Assembly (NCBI GenBank): GCA_964270895.1
Contig: OZ185447.1
Source: Podarcis filfolensis
Taxonomy: Eukaryota
DNA: 64,000 nt
Reading direction: 5' to 3' (one strand)
The notes under the pieces were generated by a model. That model was not told where the DNA came from. It made no database searches and worked only from the letters and a program-made list of their open reading frames with translations. This document shows, in pieces, positions 20,801 through 33,718 of the stretch (position 1 is its first letter; every line of letters starts with the position of its first letter). The translations under genes and the position numbers were made by a program.

Positions 20801-23333
20801 TTCGCTGCTCCTGGACTAGGAGAAGCTCTGCTGCAGGCCTTCATCAAGAGCCCTGCTAGAGAACTGTAGAGAAGCCCATTGATAGAGCTTTTAATGTTAC
20901 CAACACTTGTGTGGAACTTGGAGCCAGTGTGGTGTAGTGGTTAGAGTGCTGGAATAGGACCCAGGAGACCAGGGTTTGATTCCCACTTGGCTATGAAACT
21001 CACACTGAGTGACCGTGGGCCGGTCACAGTCTCTCTACCTCACAGGGATGTTGTGAGGATAAAATTGGGAGGAAGAGAACCAAGTATGCCACCTTGAGCT
21101 CCTTGGAGGGTGTTATAAATGTAATAAATAAAGAAAACAAAAACACAGCAGCCCCAAGAGTCTATCTCGTCACCTCTCCCACCTCGTGGAAGAATTCAGA
21201 TCAGACAAAAAGAAAGCACCCACACAAGCAGTGCTTGGAGCATATGAAAGACAGTCGGAAAATTGCAAATAAACCTCTTATCCCTCTCAGGCACACCACC
21301 TGTTTTGCCTTACATGCCACAAATTCTCCTGCAAACTACCTCAGTTTGGAAGTGGCATTTCTAGTACACAGATGTTTTTCTTAAAATGTTTGTGCCATTT
21401 ATCTCCACAAGAATCCTTCACAAGTGTGGCGTACACAGGATGCTGAGTGTCGCCTTCCAATGTACAGCACCCATTTCGAGAATTGTTTCAATTCTTACTC
21501 TTACATACAGTACACACACACATAAAGCACAGCTGGAAAATACCGTAGTTTTAAGTATGGTCTGATATGACAGTCAGATGCATAATGATCTCTTGGTGGT
21601 TTGTTGTTTTCTCTTCAAAAAGAAGACATAATGTGGGAAACCTCTTTCAGTTCAGGTTTCCTTTTTCAATGCAAGTGTGAACCTGTTCGATTTGAAAGGA
21701 AGAGTGAAGTGCCAGATAAAACCTCAGAAATTCATTTGGGCGAGTGATTTCCAATGGATCTGCCTCTCCCCATCATTCATGCACAGAAACGTATGGCTTA
21801 TTTTTTGTTTTGTAATTTATTCCAGTCGCAGAGTACAGCTTTTCTTGGTACGGAACTATATAGCGAGCCAAGAACAAGGTTGCTGTTGAAGCTGCTAGTC
21901 ATATACTGAGTTTTCAGATTTTAACAAGAATTTGCTTCCTGTTATCAGATTAACAAGTTGCTCTACTCTGTCTCAAGCAGGGCGGAATTTTGTTCTTGTT
22001 TATTTTCTCTCTCGTGTTTTTCTGTAAAAACAATAACAAAGATGATTTAATTTTTATTGTTTTTACAGGGGGGGAAATACAAAGGAGCATGGTGCTGATA
22101 GCACCAAGGTCACAGGTTTGATCTCCGCATGGGACAGCTGCATATTCCTGAATTGCAGGGGGTTGAACTAGATGATCCTTGGGGTCCCTTCCAACTCTGA
22201 TTCTATTGCATATGGAATATCTTTATTTAATGTTGAGCATCAATCAGTACAAATTTATTCAGTCGATTGCTGTTTCCTGGGCTGGTGACTATCCAATTTA
22301 ACTCCATGTTTTTATCTAGCTGCTCAGATACCAAATTTTGTTCTGTGTGGAAATGATTCTGCATATCTTTATTTCGAAATTTCATATATATTTGGGGATG
22401 TAATGTTTTATTCCATGTTGTGAGGCCTTTTGATTATAGACAGTGAGCCTGAAACCAAGACTGATGGGGGGAAATGGGTTACCTTGGCACAGAACTTTGA
22501 ATGCCCCAGCACAGACAGATTTAACTTACAGGCCAGCTTTTAGGTCTAACCATTTCCCAGCCTGCTACAAGAAGAAAGTGCCAGAAAGGGGGGGGGTGTA
22601 TATATATTTCTCTCTTCTTTCCTTCCTCTCTGCACAGAGACGATTCTAGTCTGTTTTCTTAGAGCCAAATGTTGCTGTTTCTGAACAGGGCTGGGCATAA
22701 TCAAAGAGGAGAGCAAAATTGAAGTAACCTGACGGGCCCTTGATTTCAGTGGGGGAGTTGGGCTGCTCTCATTGAAACCAACAGGACAAACTGCTCACAG
22801 TTTGAGGGTGTAATATCAAACACTGCTGGTAATTACTATAGCTTGTAGGTCAGTGACAATATGACAGGTGTAAGAAGAATTATGGGAATTACGGTATTGT
22901 GGAAATAATAAGAATTACCAGTATACTCCCTTGCTACCAGCTATGTGTGGGGTGGAACTGCTGCCACCTCTCTCTTTCCCTTCAAATTCAACACCTACCT
23001 TTTCCACAGTTACATCTGCACCATACATTTAAAGCACATGCCGCTCCTGATAAGAATCCTGTAAGCTGTAGTTTGTTAACAGTGCTGGGAACTGGACTCT
23101 GTGATAGGTAAACTACAGTTCCCCGAGTTCTTTGGCGGAAGCCATGTGCTTTAAATGTATGGTGTGGGTGTGATGGTAGCAACACTTAAGAACATTTCAC
23201 AGCAGTCACAAATGTGTCTTCCTTCCCTGTGTTGTTTTCCCACTGTTGATTTTAAATTGTAAGCTCCTTGCAAGCAGAGATCTGTGTATGTTGCCTATGT
23301 GCACTGTTACATGCAGTGGTAGCACAGGAAGAT

Positions 23334-23372
<39 letters not shown>

Positions 23373-26300
23373 TGAATCCCAGCCAGGATTCAGGTGGTTC
23401 TATCTGAGCTATTCTGTATTCAGGAACCTGATTCTATAACATTAGAAAAGAAAAATACAAATTGCTCGTTCTCAGGGTTTTGTTTTCAAAAGGAAAGATT
23501 TTTATTTCAAGAATTTGAGAGAAACTCTTTTCTCCTTTCGGAGGATTCTCTCCCCAGCCTGCCACCCTGTGGATGTGAAAGAGGAAATAGCTAGGAAACC
23601 AGAGACATTCTCTGCTGCCCAGGCAAATTGGAGGTTTCCCTCCTGCCTTATATTTTCCTCCAGAAGAAAAGGAAATGATGCTTTCGTGGGAGGAGCTTGC
23701 GGTTTGGGGTGACAGGCAGGGCCTTCTTCTTGATGGGGTGGGGGGCTGTCAAAAGCCCATTCCGAATGGCCAGCAGCCTGTGCCTCCTGTCAGTGGCCGG
23801 CTCTTCCTTTTCCCAGTTGGCTTCGGGGATGGGCTTGCTCTTAAGGTGCTGGGGCAAGCGGAAGATTAGAAAGGTCAGCCTAGGCCTAGGCTGGGGTGGG
23901 CCCAGCTTGAGGAATCTGAGCCCAGTGCTCTCTCTGTCTGCCTCAGCGCCATTTTCTTCCTGACTAGCCACTGGCTTTTTCTCCTGGAAAGATACAGATA
24001 AAATGCAACCAGGGTGAGGATATTACCTCAGTGGTTTGTGGGAATCAGCCTGAGAAGGACTTTATGCTTAGAATGAGAAGTGGGAGGGTTTCCAAGCTGG
24101 GGGTCCACATTCTTTTACCCCCTCCAGGAGAGAAGAGGGGGTCAGAGGAAGAGGAATTCCTGGGATAGGGAAAAGACCAATCTACGGGAATAGGGAGAAA
24201 GAGGGGGCAACCTGTGGCCCTCCAGATGTTGCTGGGCTCCACCTCCCGTCATTCCCTGACCCCTGGTCCAGAAGTTCACCCATCCCTCCGTTTGGGGAAA
24301 GCAGAGGTATACTAGTCTAACAAGGTTTATTGGCCATGATAGTTGAACTGAACTGCCAGTATCAAATAATGGGGACAGATAGCACAGGGCAACTGCAGCC
24401 TTCCATCCCTACTTATAAGCTTCCCAGCGTAAAAACCCACCTGTGTAGATCAGGCTAGTTTCTACCCCTCCCTATTCTCTATCCAGGGAACTGAGAGGCA
24501 TGATCAGAGTTCTAAGACATATTCAAGCCCGGCATAGACATGCAAGGGGGATATGAAGTATGTCTGCAGAAGGAGAGAGGTCTAAAGACCAGACAGAGAG
24601 GTCTGGAGAGACGCATCTAGAATCTAACACACAGCTTGCCACACACACCAAGTCACACGCAACCAAAAAATTAGCTGAGGAAAGGTGAGTGGGCTTGTCA
24701 CCCTCCTGAGCGCACACTGACCTCCTCCTCTTCCTCTTCCTCTTCCTCCGGGCGGGCGTCTGCCTGTTCAATAGAAGTCACCGTTTTCTCTGAAAACACC
24801 ATCTCGCCTGTACGGTTATCAGTCATCTGCATATTTTGAGAGAACAACATTAAGATTGCATGGGAGCAACAGAACAAATGAAGAAGCCTCCTTACTTTTA
24901 AACATTTGTGAGGCGGCATCATGGCTGACGGCAGAAACATCCTTATGGCCAAGGCTCCACAGAGCTATGGGGACAGTTGACTTGGCTTCACAGGGGCAAG
25001 GGGATGTCCTCAAGTACCTGCACTAGACTTGCGACCCCCTTAGGAAAGAGGTGGAGAGCCTATGCCTGTCCCATCAACCCAAGACAACATGACCAGGGGT
25101 CATGGATTATGGGAGTTGTAGTCTAGCAACACCTGGAGAGCACCCTTATTCCCCTCACAGAGCTGTGGTTCTCCACGTGGCTCAACAGTCAATTCCTCTG
25201 CCCAGGGAACTCTGGGAATTGTAGCTCTGTGAGGGCAACGCAGGTCTCCTAACAATGCTCAGCACCCCTTAACAAACTACACTTCCCAGGAATCTTTGGA
25301 GGAAGCTCTAACTGTTTAAAGATGTATGATGCCACTTTAAATGTACAGTGCCAATGGGGCCCTACTCAGATTAGACCCATGGAAACTAATGAATCCAAGT
25401 TAGTCATGTCCATTAACTTCAGTTGGTCTGCTAGCATGGGACAGAACCCATAGTCTACAAACAGCATGCACCAGATTATAATACCAATGGTGGACTGTGG
25501 GAGGGAAAGAATACATGGGGAAAGATTATTCCATGGCTTTGTTGGGATGGTTGGTTACTTGAATTGCAATATATACACGGAGAGCCATTTGTCAGAATGG
25601 GTGAAAGCTGACAGGAAACATGAACTTGCTTCAAGAACCATGTCAAGGTTCAGCCTTGCCAGATAAGCAACTGGGAGTCCAGGACCTAAGATCTATTCCA
25701 GGCTGGCCAAAGGGGTTCCGCTGACTGTGGCTGAGCATCTAAGCTGTCCTCTGCTGCCTTGTGCATATATTTTATATATTACTGACGAAATGCCTTTTAG
25801 TCTAGAATTTGATGTCCCCAAATGGCTACCCAACGACAGGGATGGCCTGGACACCACCAACTATATTGATCAGAACTTGCACCCCCAGGTATTGAATTCC
25901 CAGCCAGTGAGGTAAGCTGAGCTTAGTTATTCATGGTTCTTCATTTTGGTTTTGGTTTTCAATAGCTGACTCACTTTGCTGATTTCATGGTGGCTGTAGA
26001 CAGTGGCATTCCCCACTTTCCTCTGGTGCTTCTCCTCGTTGTGATAGTTTGAGGGCAGCTTGCTGATATCCACAGAGGGCTCAAGCTGGTCTTTCCCCAG
26101 CACGTCCTCCTACACAATAGACAAAAACGGATCATTATACTGTGTAGGGAAAGGAGACAGAGGGTCCCTTCGGATGAACTGTTTATTGAGCATCCTGATT
26201 CCCTTGGACAAAACTTACACAGAGGTTAGATTATGCGCGGTCTTTATTTAACATTCATTTTTATTTGTTTGCAGGGAGGTTATACAACAATGAGCGTTAG

Positions 26301-28310
26301 TGTTGCTTTCATTCCAATTCGCTTTTGGAGTCTTTGCATGTCTTCCGGTATTTTATCCTTTCCGCTCATTTCCTCATCACTTTCCTAGCCATTTCTTTTG
26401 GCTTTTTTTGGCTTTTTTTTTTTTGGCTTGGACTTTTCTTTGGAAAAGTCCATTTCTTTTTCAAAGTGAATTTCATTTGCACTTCAATTGTGCAAACCTA
26501 AACTCTGGGGATGCATTCGGATCCCACCTGCAAAATGCTCACTGTTTGTGCAAGATACCGTCTTGCCCACCCTAATTTGACCTTTTTACAATAAGGAGAG
26601 TGACAGGGAAAGTGTGAGTCAACAGTTGCTTAACACAACCACCGTATAACCTCTCCAACAAACAAAATGATCGATAAAGAGCCATCATTGTCATTCCGCC
26701 CCACAAACTTCATGCAAAGAAATCAAGTTGAATGATTAATAAACAGGTCTGGAAGCCCAACAGCATCTTCTCCCTCTTTCCAAAAAGTAGCCTTCATCAG
26801 AGGAATAGGTTAAAATAATAATAAACATAAGTTTGTTTTCTTACTAGTCTTCTGTTTATTTTTGAAATAAATAAATAACAATGTGTTTTTTTAAAAAAAG
26901 AAACAAATTTGAGGAACAGCTACCAAGAATGATAGCCTTAATGGTTCGTAGCTGGTCAATTTCATCAAAGGGTACTTTCAGATGAGAGATCCCTCTCAAG
27001 TATGGCTGGCCAGACACCACTTAACTGTTTAACTGCCAAGGCCCAAGATGTCTAGCAGAATCCTCAGTGCCTGCAGGTGAGAACCCTCCCCTTTCCGCAG
27101 CTTCTAAGAATTCTCATGGAGGAAAATAATAAACAGGTCAGTGTGATTTCTGCAGCAAGGCAGAAACAATTTAGATTTAAACTTGAAGTTTCAGTCTGGA
27201 AATTAACCATTACAAGACAAGATGCCACACCCACAAAATGCTCACAAGCTGTTGTGCTGTCAGGGCAGGACTTTGATGCATACTTCTATAAGACCACTGA
27301 GTCTGAAATTGCTCACAAGAGTAGATTTAACGGGTTTATTATGCCAGCACAAAGTATTAATTTCAGCATTCAAATTTCAAAGCAGAAATTAAGGATTAAG
27401 GTGCTTTCCAAATATGTGGAATTGGGCATTCTTAACCCCCAAACCCCAGCTTTTGAACCTTAAAATCATGAGAGATTTGCTTGTGAACCTCTGAGAAATC
27501 AACATTTTACATTCCCAAAGGCTGGGAATTGATGCTATTCTAAATTCCCATAATGTAATTAGCACTGGAACACTTTCTCATCCACCTCCAGGGGAAAGCA
27601 CACACCCAAACAAACATTAACTGTGAACACATCATTATTTAAAGCACACGACATGCCCCAGAGAATCCTGGTAACTGTAGTTTACTCCCACAGAGCCACC
27701 ATTTCCAGCACCACCAATAATACACTATAGTTCCCAGGACTCCCCCCACCCCAGCCTTTCTGGAGAAGGAAAATGTGTTTTAAATGTATTGTGCGTATGC
27801 AACCTGAGTGCATCATGAGCAAGAAAAAGAATGAGCAGGTTGTGGGGAATCAGATGATAATGAGAACGAGATGGAGAAAAGTTGTTTGAGATCTTCCTTG
27901 GGCTTTAAATGTAAAGGATGGGCAGATTCCATCCAGAATTCCTAGATACTGTGCAGTGTTTACTGCAGCCTCCACCAACCTGGGGCTGGTGGGAGTCGCA
28001 GACCAAATCAGCCAGAGGATACCAGGATTATTGCAAGAATCCTCCCTTTAAAAAACCCCCAACTCATTACAGATGTTCACAGAGCATCTGAAGCATCCCT
28101 TCTATTATGTGGAATGGGTGTGTGTGGATCTGAGGCTCCCCCTCTCCCTCTCTCATCATCATCATCCCTTACCCTGCTCTGCTCAAAGATGTTGCGAAAC
28201 TCCTTGAAGAGCCTCTCCACGCTGGGGGGCAGGAAGGCAGCAGATGCCGTGCTCCTTCCTTGCATCAGAGCTGTCAGGCACCATAATCCCCACACCAGCG
28301 GCAGCAGCAT
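17449..28310 (-). CDS. DKKL1: Dickkopf-3-like secreted protein at the DKKL1/Soggy locus; complete, 7 exons, 374 aa
   Basis: Exons 28310-28173, 26109-25975, 24826-24722, 20104-20012, 19493-19346, 18787-18625, 17791-17449 give 1125 nt in one frame. Signal-peptide-like N-terminus, soggy domain (KLPSNYHNE...VGNATV...MTDNRTGEMVFSE), two 10-Cys domains. Symbol assigned by synteny. Confidence 0.88.
17840..17885. repeat. (TA)n microsatellite followed by (CA)n
   Basis: Direct reading; lies near the last DKK acceptor. Confidence 0.95.
18625..18787 (-). CDS. DKKL1: DKK-like exon 6 (CRD2: LSFPVCTPYPKEGEVC...YCPCAQGLKC)
   Basis: cacag/gtaagg; matches DKK3 LLFPVCTPLPVEGELC...RCPCASGLLC. Confidence 0.94.
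19346..19493 (-). CDS. DKKL1: DKK-like exon 5 (ICWKDRECCLGYLCVWGRCAKG...CAQGLCCTASN)
   Basis: cctag/gtaag; matches DKK3 LCTRDSECCGDQLCVWGHC...CQPGLCC. Confidence 0.94.
20012..20104 (-). CDS. DKKL1: DKK-like exon 4 (CRD1 first half: ECVSDSDCQKDQFCFKSFLASRCRQCKVKNT)
   Basis: cagcag/gtgagt; Cys spacing of DKK3 ECIIDEDC...C...CQPC. Confidence 0.93.
20921..21117 (+). mobile_element. tRNA-derived squamate SINE (MIR/Squam-like)
   Basis: gagccagtgtggtgtagtggttagagtg A-box head, cacagggttgttgtgaggataaaa core, A-rich tail. Related copies near 38210, 43230, 50936 and 61560-61742 (minus). Confidence 0.7.
22085..22206 (+). mobile_element. SINE with tRNA head and CR1-type 3' tail
   Basis: ggttgaactagatgatccttggggtcccttccaactc...attctat is a CR1-like 3' terminus. 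Confidence 0.7.
23334..23372. repeat. (GTT)n microsatellite
   Basis: Direct reading. Confidence 0.95.
24722..24826 (-). CDS. DKKL1: DKK-like exon 3 (MTDNRTGEMVFSEKTVTSIEQADARP plus 9 Glu)
   Basis: tgcag/gtcagt; matches DKK3 ITNNQTGQMVFSETVITSV. Confidence 0.9.
25975..26109 (-). CDS. DKKL1: DKK-like exon 2 (soggy domain: EDVLG...SKLPSNYHNEEKHQRKVGNATVYSHHEISK)
   Basis: tgtag/gtgagt; matches DKK3 NLPPSYHNE...KVGNNTIHVHREIHK. Confidence 0.93.
28173..28310 (-). CDS. DKKL1: DKK-like exon 1 (signal peptide MLLPLVWGLWCLTALMQG...)
   Basis: ATG at 28310, hydrophobic N-terminus, donor gtaagg, 46 codons. Confidence 0.85.
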
Positions 28311-28800
28311 CTTGGGCCGATCCCTGATTCTGTCGCTGCCAGAGCCAGACCTGCGCAAAAGGCAGAAGCAGAGAAGGGGAAATATCGGAGAGAGAGGAGC
28401 TAACCCAGCAGGCACCGCCCCTGCCGGCTATTCTCAGACCCTCCCCTCCTGCACTCAGGCGTCCACCCAACCCCACAACCCTTCGTCCCTTTGCTCTGCC
28501 CCAGAACAGCCCACGTGGACCAGTGCTTAGAGGCCCAAAGGGACAGAGGCCTTTCCCCCCAAATCCCAGGCAAACCAAGTCGAAAAAAGCAAGGATGGGG
28601 ATCCTGTAGCCTTACAGGTGCTTTGGGGCTCCCAAGGGCCGTGGGTCGGGCCAGAGCACATGCTGTGCGTGCAGAAGGTCCCTGGCTCAATCCCTGGCAT
28701 CACCAGGTGTTGGAAACCCTGAAGGGGAGCTGCCAGCCAGTGCAGTAAACACTGAGGGTAGATCCACACCATATATTTAACACTCATTTAAAGAACATGA

Positions 28801-28965
28801 CATAGCTGTCAACTTTCAGATTTGAAAATAAGGGATCAGCAGCCTCACCTGTCCCAGGGACAGTCTACGGGATATCTAACAATCCGGGATAGCAGCGGGA
28901 AGCAGCGGGAAACGGCGCTGGAATAAGGGAATTTCCCACAAAGAAAGGGAAGGTTGACAGCTATG
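28801..28965. mobile_element. hAT-type MITE upstream of the DKK-like gene
   Basis: 13-bp TIR CATAGCTGTCAAC; 8-bp flanks gaacatga/gaacgtta (6/8). Confidence 0.7.
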
Positions 28966-31126
28966 GAACGTTATTTCCCCCAATGACTCCTGGGAGCTGT
29001 AGCTACCATGCTCATAGAGCAACAATTCCCAGCACCCTTAACAAACTACAGTTCCCAAGATGATTAGGGGGGGAGTTGTGTGTTTTAAATGTATGGTGTG
29101 GATCTGCCCTGAGGTGGTGGCACCAATAGACAGACTAAGTGTGTTCCAGCAGAGGGTGGTCTATGAGGAAAAACAGGGCTCTCAAATTTCAGCAAAGAAA
29201 TACGATACTAAAATTTGCCCCCCTCCATTTACACCATTATTGTGGTGCCCCCCTCCCCATGGCACCAGCGTCCAGCACATCCCCTAAAATCACCTCTGAT
29301 ATTGGCCTGCTACCCTCCTCGCACCCACCCCTTCTCGGCACCCACACCCTTCGGGGTCAGCCACCCCTCTGCCCCACACAGGGGCTGCAGCCCACCTCTT
29401 CTTAACCCCCTCGATTCACTAGCCAGCCTGTAACTAAGCAGAACTCCCTGTCGGTCAGTTTCTGACAGGCCCATTTGAAAAAAGGTTCCGGTTCCGGAAT
29501 GTGCCAGCTTTGCCTGGCATCTGTCAGGACAGAGCAGCTGTTTCTCCACACAGACCCATAAAGTGTATGTGTGGGGTGTCTTTTTACAGCCTTCCCATAA
29601 GCTGCCAGAGGTCCCTTGAATGATTTAGAGGGCCTCACATCCGTCACCCTATTTGCAATGTTTAGTTTGAGCTAGAGTTGACTCCAGAACATAACGTGAA
29701 TCCTGGAGAGTTCAGCACTAGACGGAACATATGAAGTAACAATAAAGGACACGTCTGATCATGTCAAGAGCGCTTTCCCCTCACCGTTCAGGAAACAGTC
29801 AGCTGCAGAATATTAAGAAGCAAGGCTTTTAGGTCAGATGGGCTGGCCTTCAAAGCCCGGGAAGGCAGGTGAAGACCGCAATCCTAACTCCACTTACCTG
29901 GAAGTAAGCACCTCTAAATTCAATAGGTCTTACTTCTGAGTAGATATGGTTAGGATTGCACAAACGTCCACCTCAGTGTCTTCTCCCTCTGCCTCCAGTA
30001 ATCCAAAGGACCAGATCCCCACATCTCTTTATCATCCACATATTTAAACCCAGCTGCTAAACCCAGCACAACTTACAAAAAAGGAAAAGCAGCACACAAT
30101 AAAGGCCAAGATATTCAACATTAAAAGCACAGGACTGAAAGAAAACATCTTCGAAGGAGGACTTATGGAGATCCCTGCTGGATCAGCCCTAGGTCCATCT
30201 AGGCCACACACAGGGCCTGAAGGGCATATTGCTTGTGGACATGGAATTTCTATTAAGTCATAGTGGCCAATGGTGGTCATAGTGTGGTGGTTAAAGTGTT
30301 GGATTAGGACCTGGGAGACAATGGTTCAAAATACCCTCCCAGCCCTGCACCTCACTGGGTGATCTTGGGACAGCCTCTTGGCCAAATTTACCTCACAGAT
30401 TTCCAGTGGGCATCAAATAGAGCAGGAAGAACTCTATGGCTGACTACACATCATACATGTAAAGCATATGCCCACCCTTCAATATCTTGCGAACTGTAGT
30501 TTCTCCCTCAGAACTACAAGTCCCAGCACCTTTAAATTACAATTCCCAGGGTTCTTTGGGGAAGTCATTTTTCGAGTCAATCCCGACATACCCCCACGCT
30601 TCCTCTTGTCCCCTTGCTTTTCCCCGGAAGAACAGTGGCAATTTGTGTTTTATTTTGCTCCAGTTTAGCACTGAAGTGCAGGTTTTCCCTGGGAAAGGAG
30701 CAGGGCAAGGGGGAAATTGCTCGGATTCATGCCTAGAAAGTGTGGGTCAAGCAGAAAACTCTTCAAGCCTCTGCTTTCTAGGTAACAGGACAAACGGAAA
30801 TGTGGATGAGCCCAAGTAGTGCTATTAAAAACTCAGATAGCAACAGATCTTTGAAGAGCAGCATGCTGTTTATGGAGCTGGTGGAAGTTGTGGTCCAAAA
30901 AACATCTGGAGGGCCCCAGACGGGGGAAGGTTGCTTTTAATTACTGTACCACGGTCATTTTCAATCTGTGTTCCTCAGAGACTTGAACTGGGTTGCTAAC
31001 TAACCAGACAGAAACACTTTTCACAGCAGTGTGGTTTGCAGGTATTATTAGCTGGTGACAGTGCCCACTAAGCAATCCCTTACTTAACAAGTTAAGTACA
31101 GTACTGTATTATCACTTGCTAATACA

Positions 31127-31444
31127 GGGATGTGGGTGGCGCTGTGGGTTAAACCACAGAGCCTAGGACTTGCCGATCAGACTCCCATTGCTCGGTCCCT
31201 GCTCCTGCCAACCTAGCAGTTCGAAAGCATGTCAAAATACAAGTAGATAAATAGGTACCGCTCCGGCAGGAAGGTAAACGACGTTTCTGTGCGCTGCTCT
31301 GGTTCCCCAGAAGCAGCTTAGTCATGCTGGCCACATGACTCAGAAGCTGTACGCCGGCTCCCTCGGCCAATAAAGCGAGATGAACGCCGCAACCCCAGAG
31401 TCGGCCACAACTGGACCTAATGGTCAGGGGTCCCTTTACCTTTA
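31127..31444 (+). mobile_element. Sauria SINE
   Basis: gtggcgctgtgggttaaaccac head, gctcctgccaacctagcagttcgaaagc core, ctttaccttta tail. Confidence 0.88.
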
Positions 31445-32111
31445 ATAGCTGCAGAACAAGCTGCCATTAAGAGCACAGGAGCAGGGTCCAGTAACAAAGT
31501 TGGCAACTGTAACCCTAAAGTCTTCTCCTGCAGGACACAGCCACAGCAGGGAGTTGAATGAATTGTTTAGAATCACTCTTAATATTTTGCACAGGGTGAC
31601 AGCTAGACATCAGAAGAGCGGACCACACCCTGAAAAATTGCATGCTAGCATGCATCCCAGAATACTCCACAGTGTGGAGGTACTGTAGCAGATATGCAGA
31701 GGTCCTGCCACAAAAACAAAATAACAAAGAAAGTAAATCACAGATTAAAGTGTTTTCTGGGGGCAGAAAGTTTGGAACCCACTGTATAGCAGCCCTGTAA
31801 TATAAACATTGGATTCCTGCGACTGGTTCTCATGGCCAGGAAGCTACTCGCTTCCATAAGAACAATGGCTGCATTTCTGCCATGTCACCATTAGGTGGTG
31901 ACTTATGATTCCAGTGAAACTGACATGTACCGTATTGTCAAAAGTCCACCATGATTAAAAATCCAGGAAATGACTCTCCCCGCCTGGGAAGTGTGTGCAT
32001 GTGTGTGAACTGGAGGGGGGGGCAGGGGAGAGATTTCGTCATTCCAAACCCTCTCGCTAAATTCATATGGGAAATCAGAAGCCTAGGAGTAGAGCACAAC
32101 CTTCTCTCCTC

Positions 32112-32990
32112 TGAAATAAAAAATTTAAGGTCTTATATATATAATAAATGTTCATGAATGTACCAAGCAAGCACGTACAGTGGTACCTCAGGTTACATAC
32201 GCTTCAGGTTACATACACTTCAGGTTACAGAAATAGTGCTTCAGGTTAAGAACTTTGCTTCAGGATGAGAACAGAAATCGTGCGGTGGCCGCACAGCGGC
32301 AGCAGGAGGCCCCATTAGCTAAAGTGGTGCTTCAGGTTAAGAACAGTTTCAGGTTAAGTACAGACCTCCAGAACAAATTAAGTACTTAACCTGAGGTACC
32401 ACTGTACATAGATATGTGGACCACATGTCTGGAGCAGCACAGGAAGACCGTCCTGAAACCATTTTGAATCCCAAAATGACCAAATGTTTTCTCTGCAAGG
32501 ATGGAGGGGGTGAGGGAACCTTCCCATTGTCTCAGGAATTGGGAAATCACCATCTCAGAGGAATGGCCAGACCAATTATCAGATTACCTGGCAGACAGGA
32601 AAAACCACAACATTCAAATTTCTGTTGTAGACCACCTTTTCTGTGATGTACCATAGGTATGATGTTTGTGGGGGGTGGTCTTGGGTTACACCCCTTCTGT
32701 GATGTAGGTATGATGTATGGAGGGGTGGTCTTGAGCTCCAGGGCAGGGAATTTAAAATGTCTATATAAGGGCAGGCACACCTTTGTTTTGGGTCCTCCTC
32801 CTCCTGCGTGTGAGGGGAGCACCCTGTTGCAACAGCTTTAATAAAGATCAGGCTTACTAGCTGCTTTGCTTCTCAATATTCTCTGGTTGGCCTCTGTTAT
32901 TTTCTCCTACCAATAGGGAACCCACGTAAGGACTCTATACAGGCTCTTGGATACCCCATAAGGGGAAAAGGTCTGATTTTGTTTACAACA
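32112..32990 (+). mobile_element. Solo LTR copy 1, interrupted by a MITE
   Basis: Aligns along its length with the reverse complement of 40945-41560; TATATAA 32762-32768, AATAAA 32840-32845, ends ACAACA. No TSD recognisable. Confidence 0.8.
32176..32406. mobile_element. Tc1/mariner-type MITE nested in the LTR
   Basis: TA-CAGTGGTACCTC...GAGGTACCACTG-TA; absent from LTR copy 2. Confidence 0.9.
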
Positions 32991-33718
32991 TGGTCTATGT
33001 CAGATTCTAGATGGAATCGGGGCTATTCATGCATGCAAGTTCTTTGTTCCACATGACATCAAAAACACAAATCTACCCACTCCCCATTTAACCCAAATCT
33101 GTGCTTACCACATAAAATATCGTAAGTAAAAAAGTACAGCGTCTATTTTACCTCTGCAAAAACTGCTAGCCAGTCATGTGTGTGGTGACTGGAGAGACTG
33201 CATATTTCACTGCCACACTCCTTAATTCTGCTTGTTCCTCACCTGAGCACAACCTAGCCATTTTGTTTCAGGTGGCCTTGAGGTGAAATTGCTGGGACTT
33301 CCAACCCTGGGAACATTGGCAACTGTCTTGAATGTTTTCCACTTTCGAATAATCTTTCTCACTGTAGAATGATGGACTTAAAATTGGTTGGAGGTGGCCT
33401 TATAACCCATCCCAGTTTCATGGGTAACAACAATTGCTTCTCTAAGAGCATTGCTGATGTGTTTCCTCTTTGGCATTGCGCTACAACACACCCAAATGCC
33501 CCAGGCCAGCAAATTGAAACTTCAGCTTTTATAGAGATGGGCACATTTGCTCATGATCAATTAAGCAAAGGCATTTGATTAGCTGCTACTTAGCTTCTTA
33601 ATTTCTATAGAAGCAGTAAGGGTGTATTTAGTTTTTCTCCATTTTGGCTTTATTTCTGTTAAATAAATCATGGCACGGTGCAATATGTCATGTGCTGTTG
33701 TCCATCCAAGGTTGTATT

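Noticed and set aside
20921-21000. tRNA-like A/B boxes
   Set aside because: They continue into SINE body and tail; these are SINE heads, not tRNA genes.
17449-28310. Calling the Dickkopf gene the DKK3 orthologue
   Set aside because: Sequence is DKK3-like, but neighbours (TEAD2, KASH5, CD37) define the DKKL1 position; DKK3 is expected near MICAL2/PARVA/TEAD1. A tree is needed to settle it.
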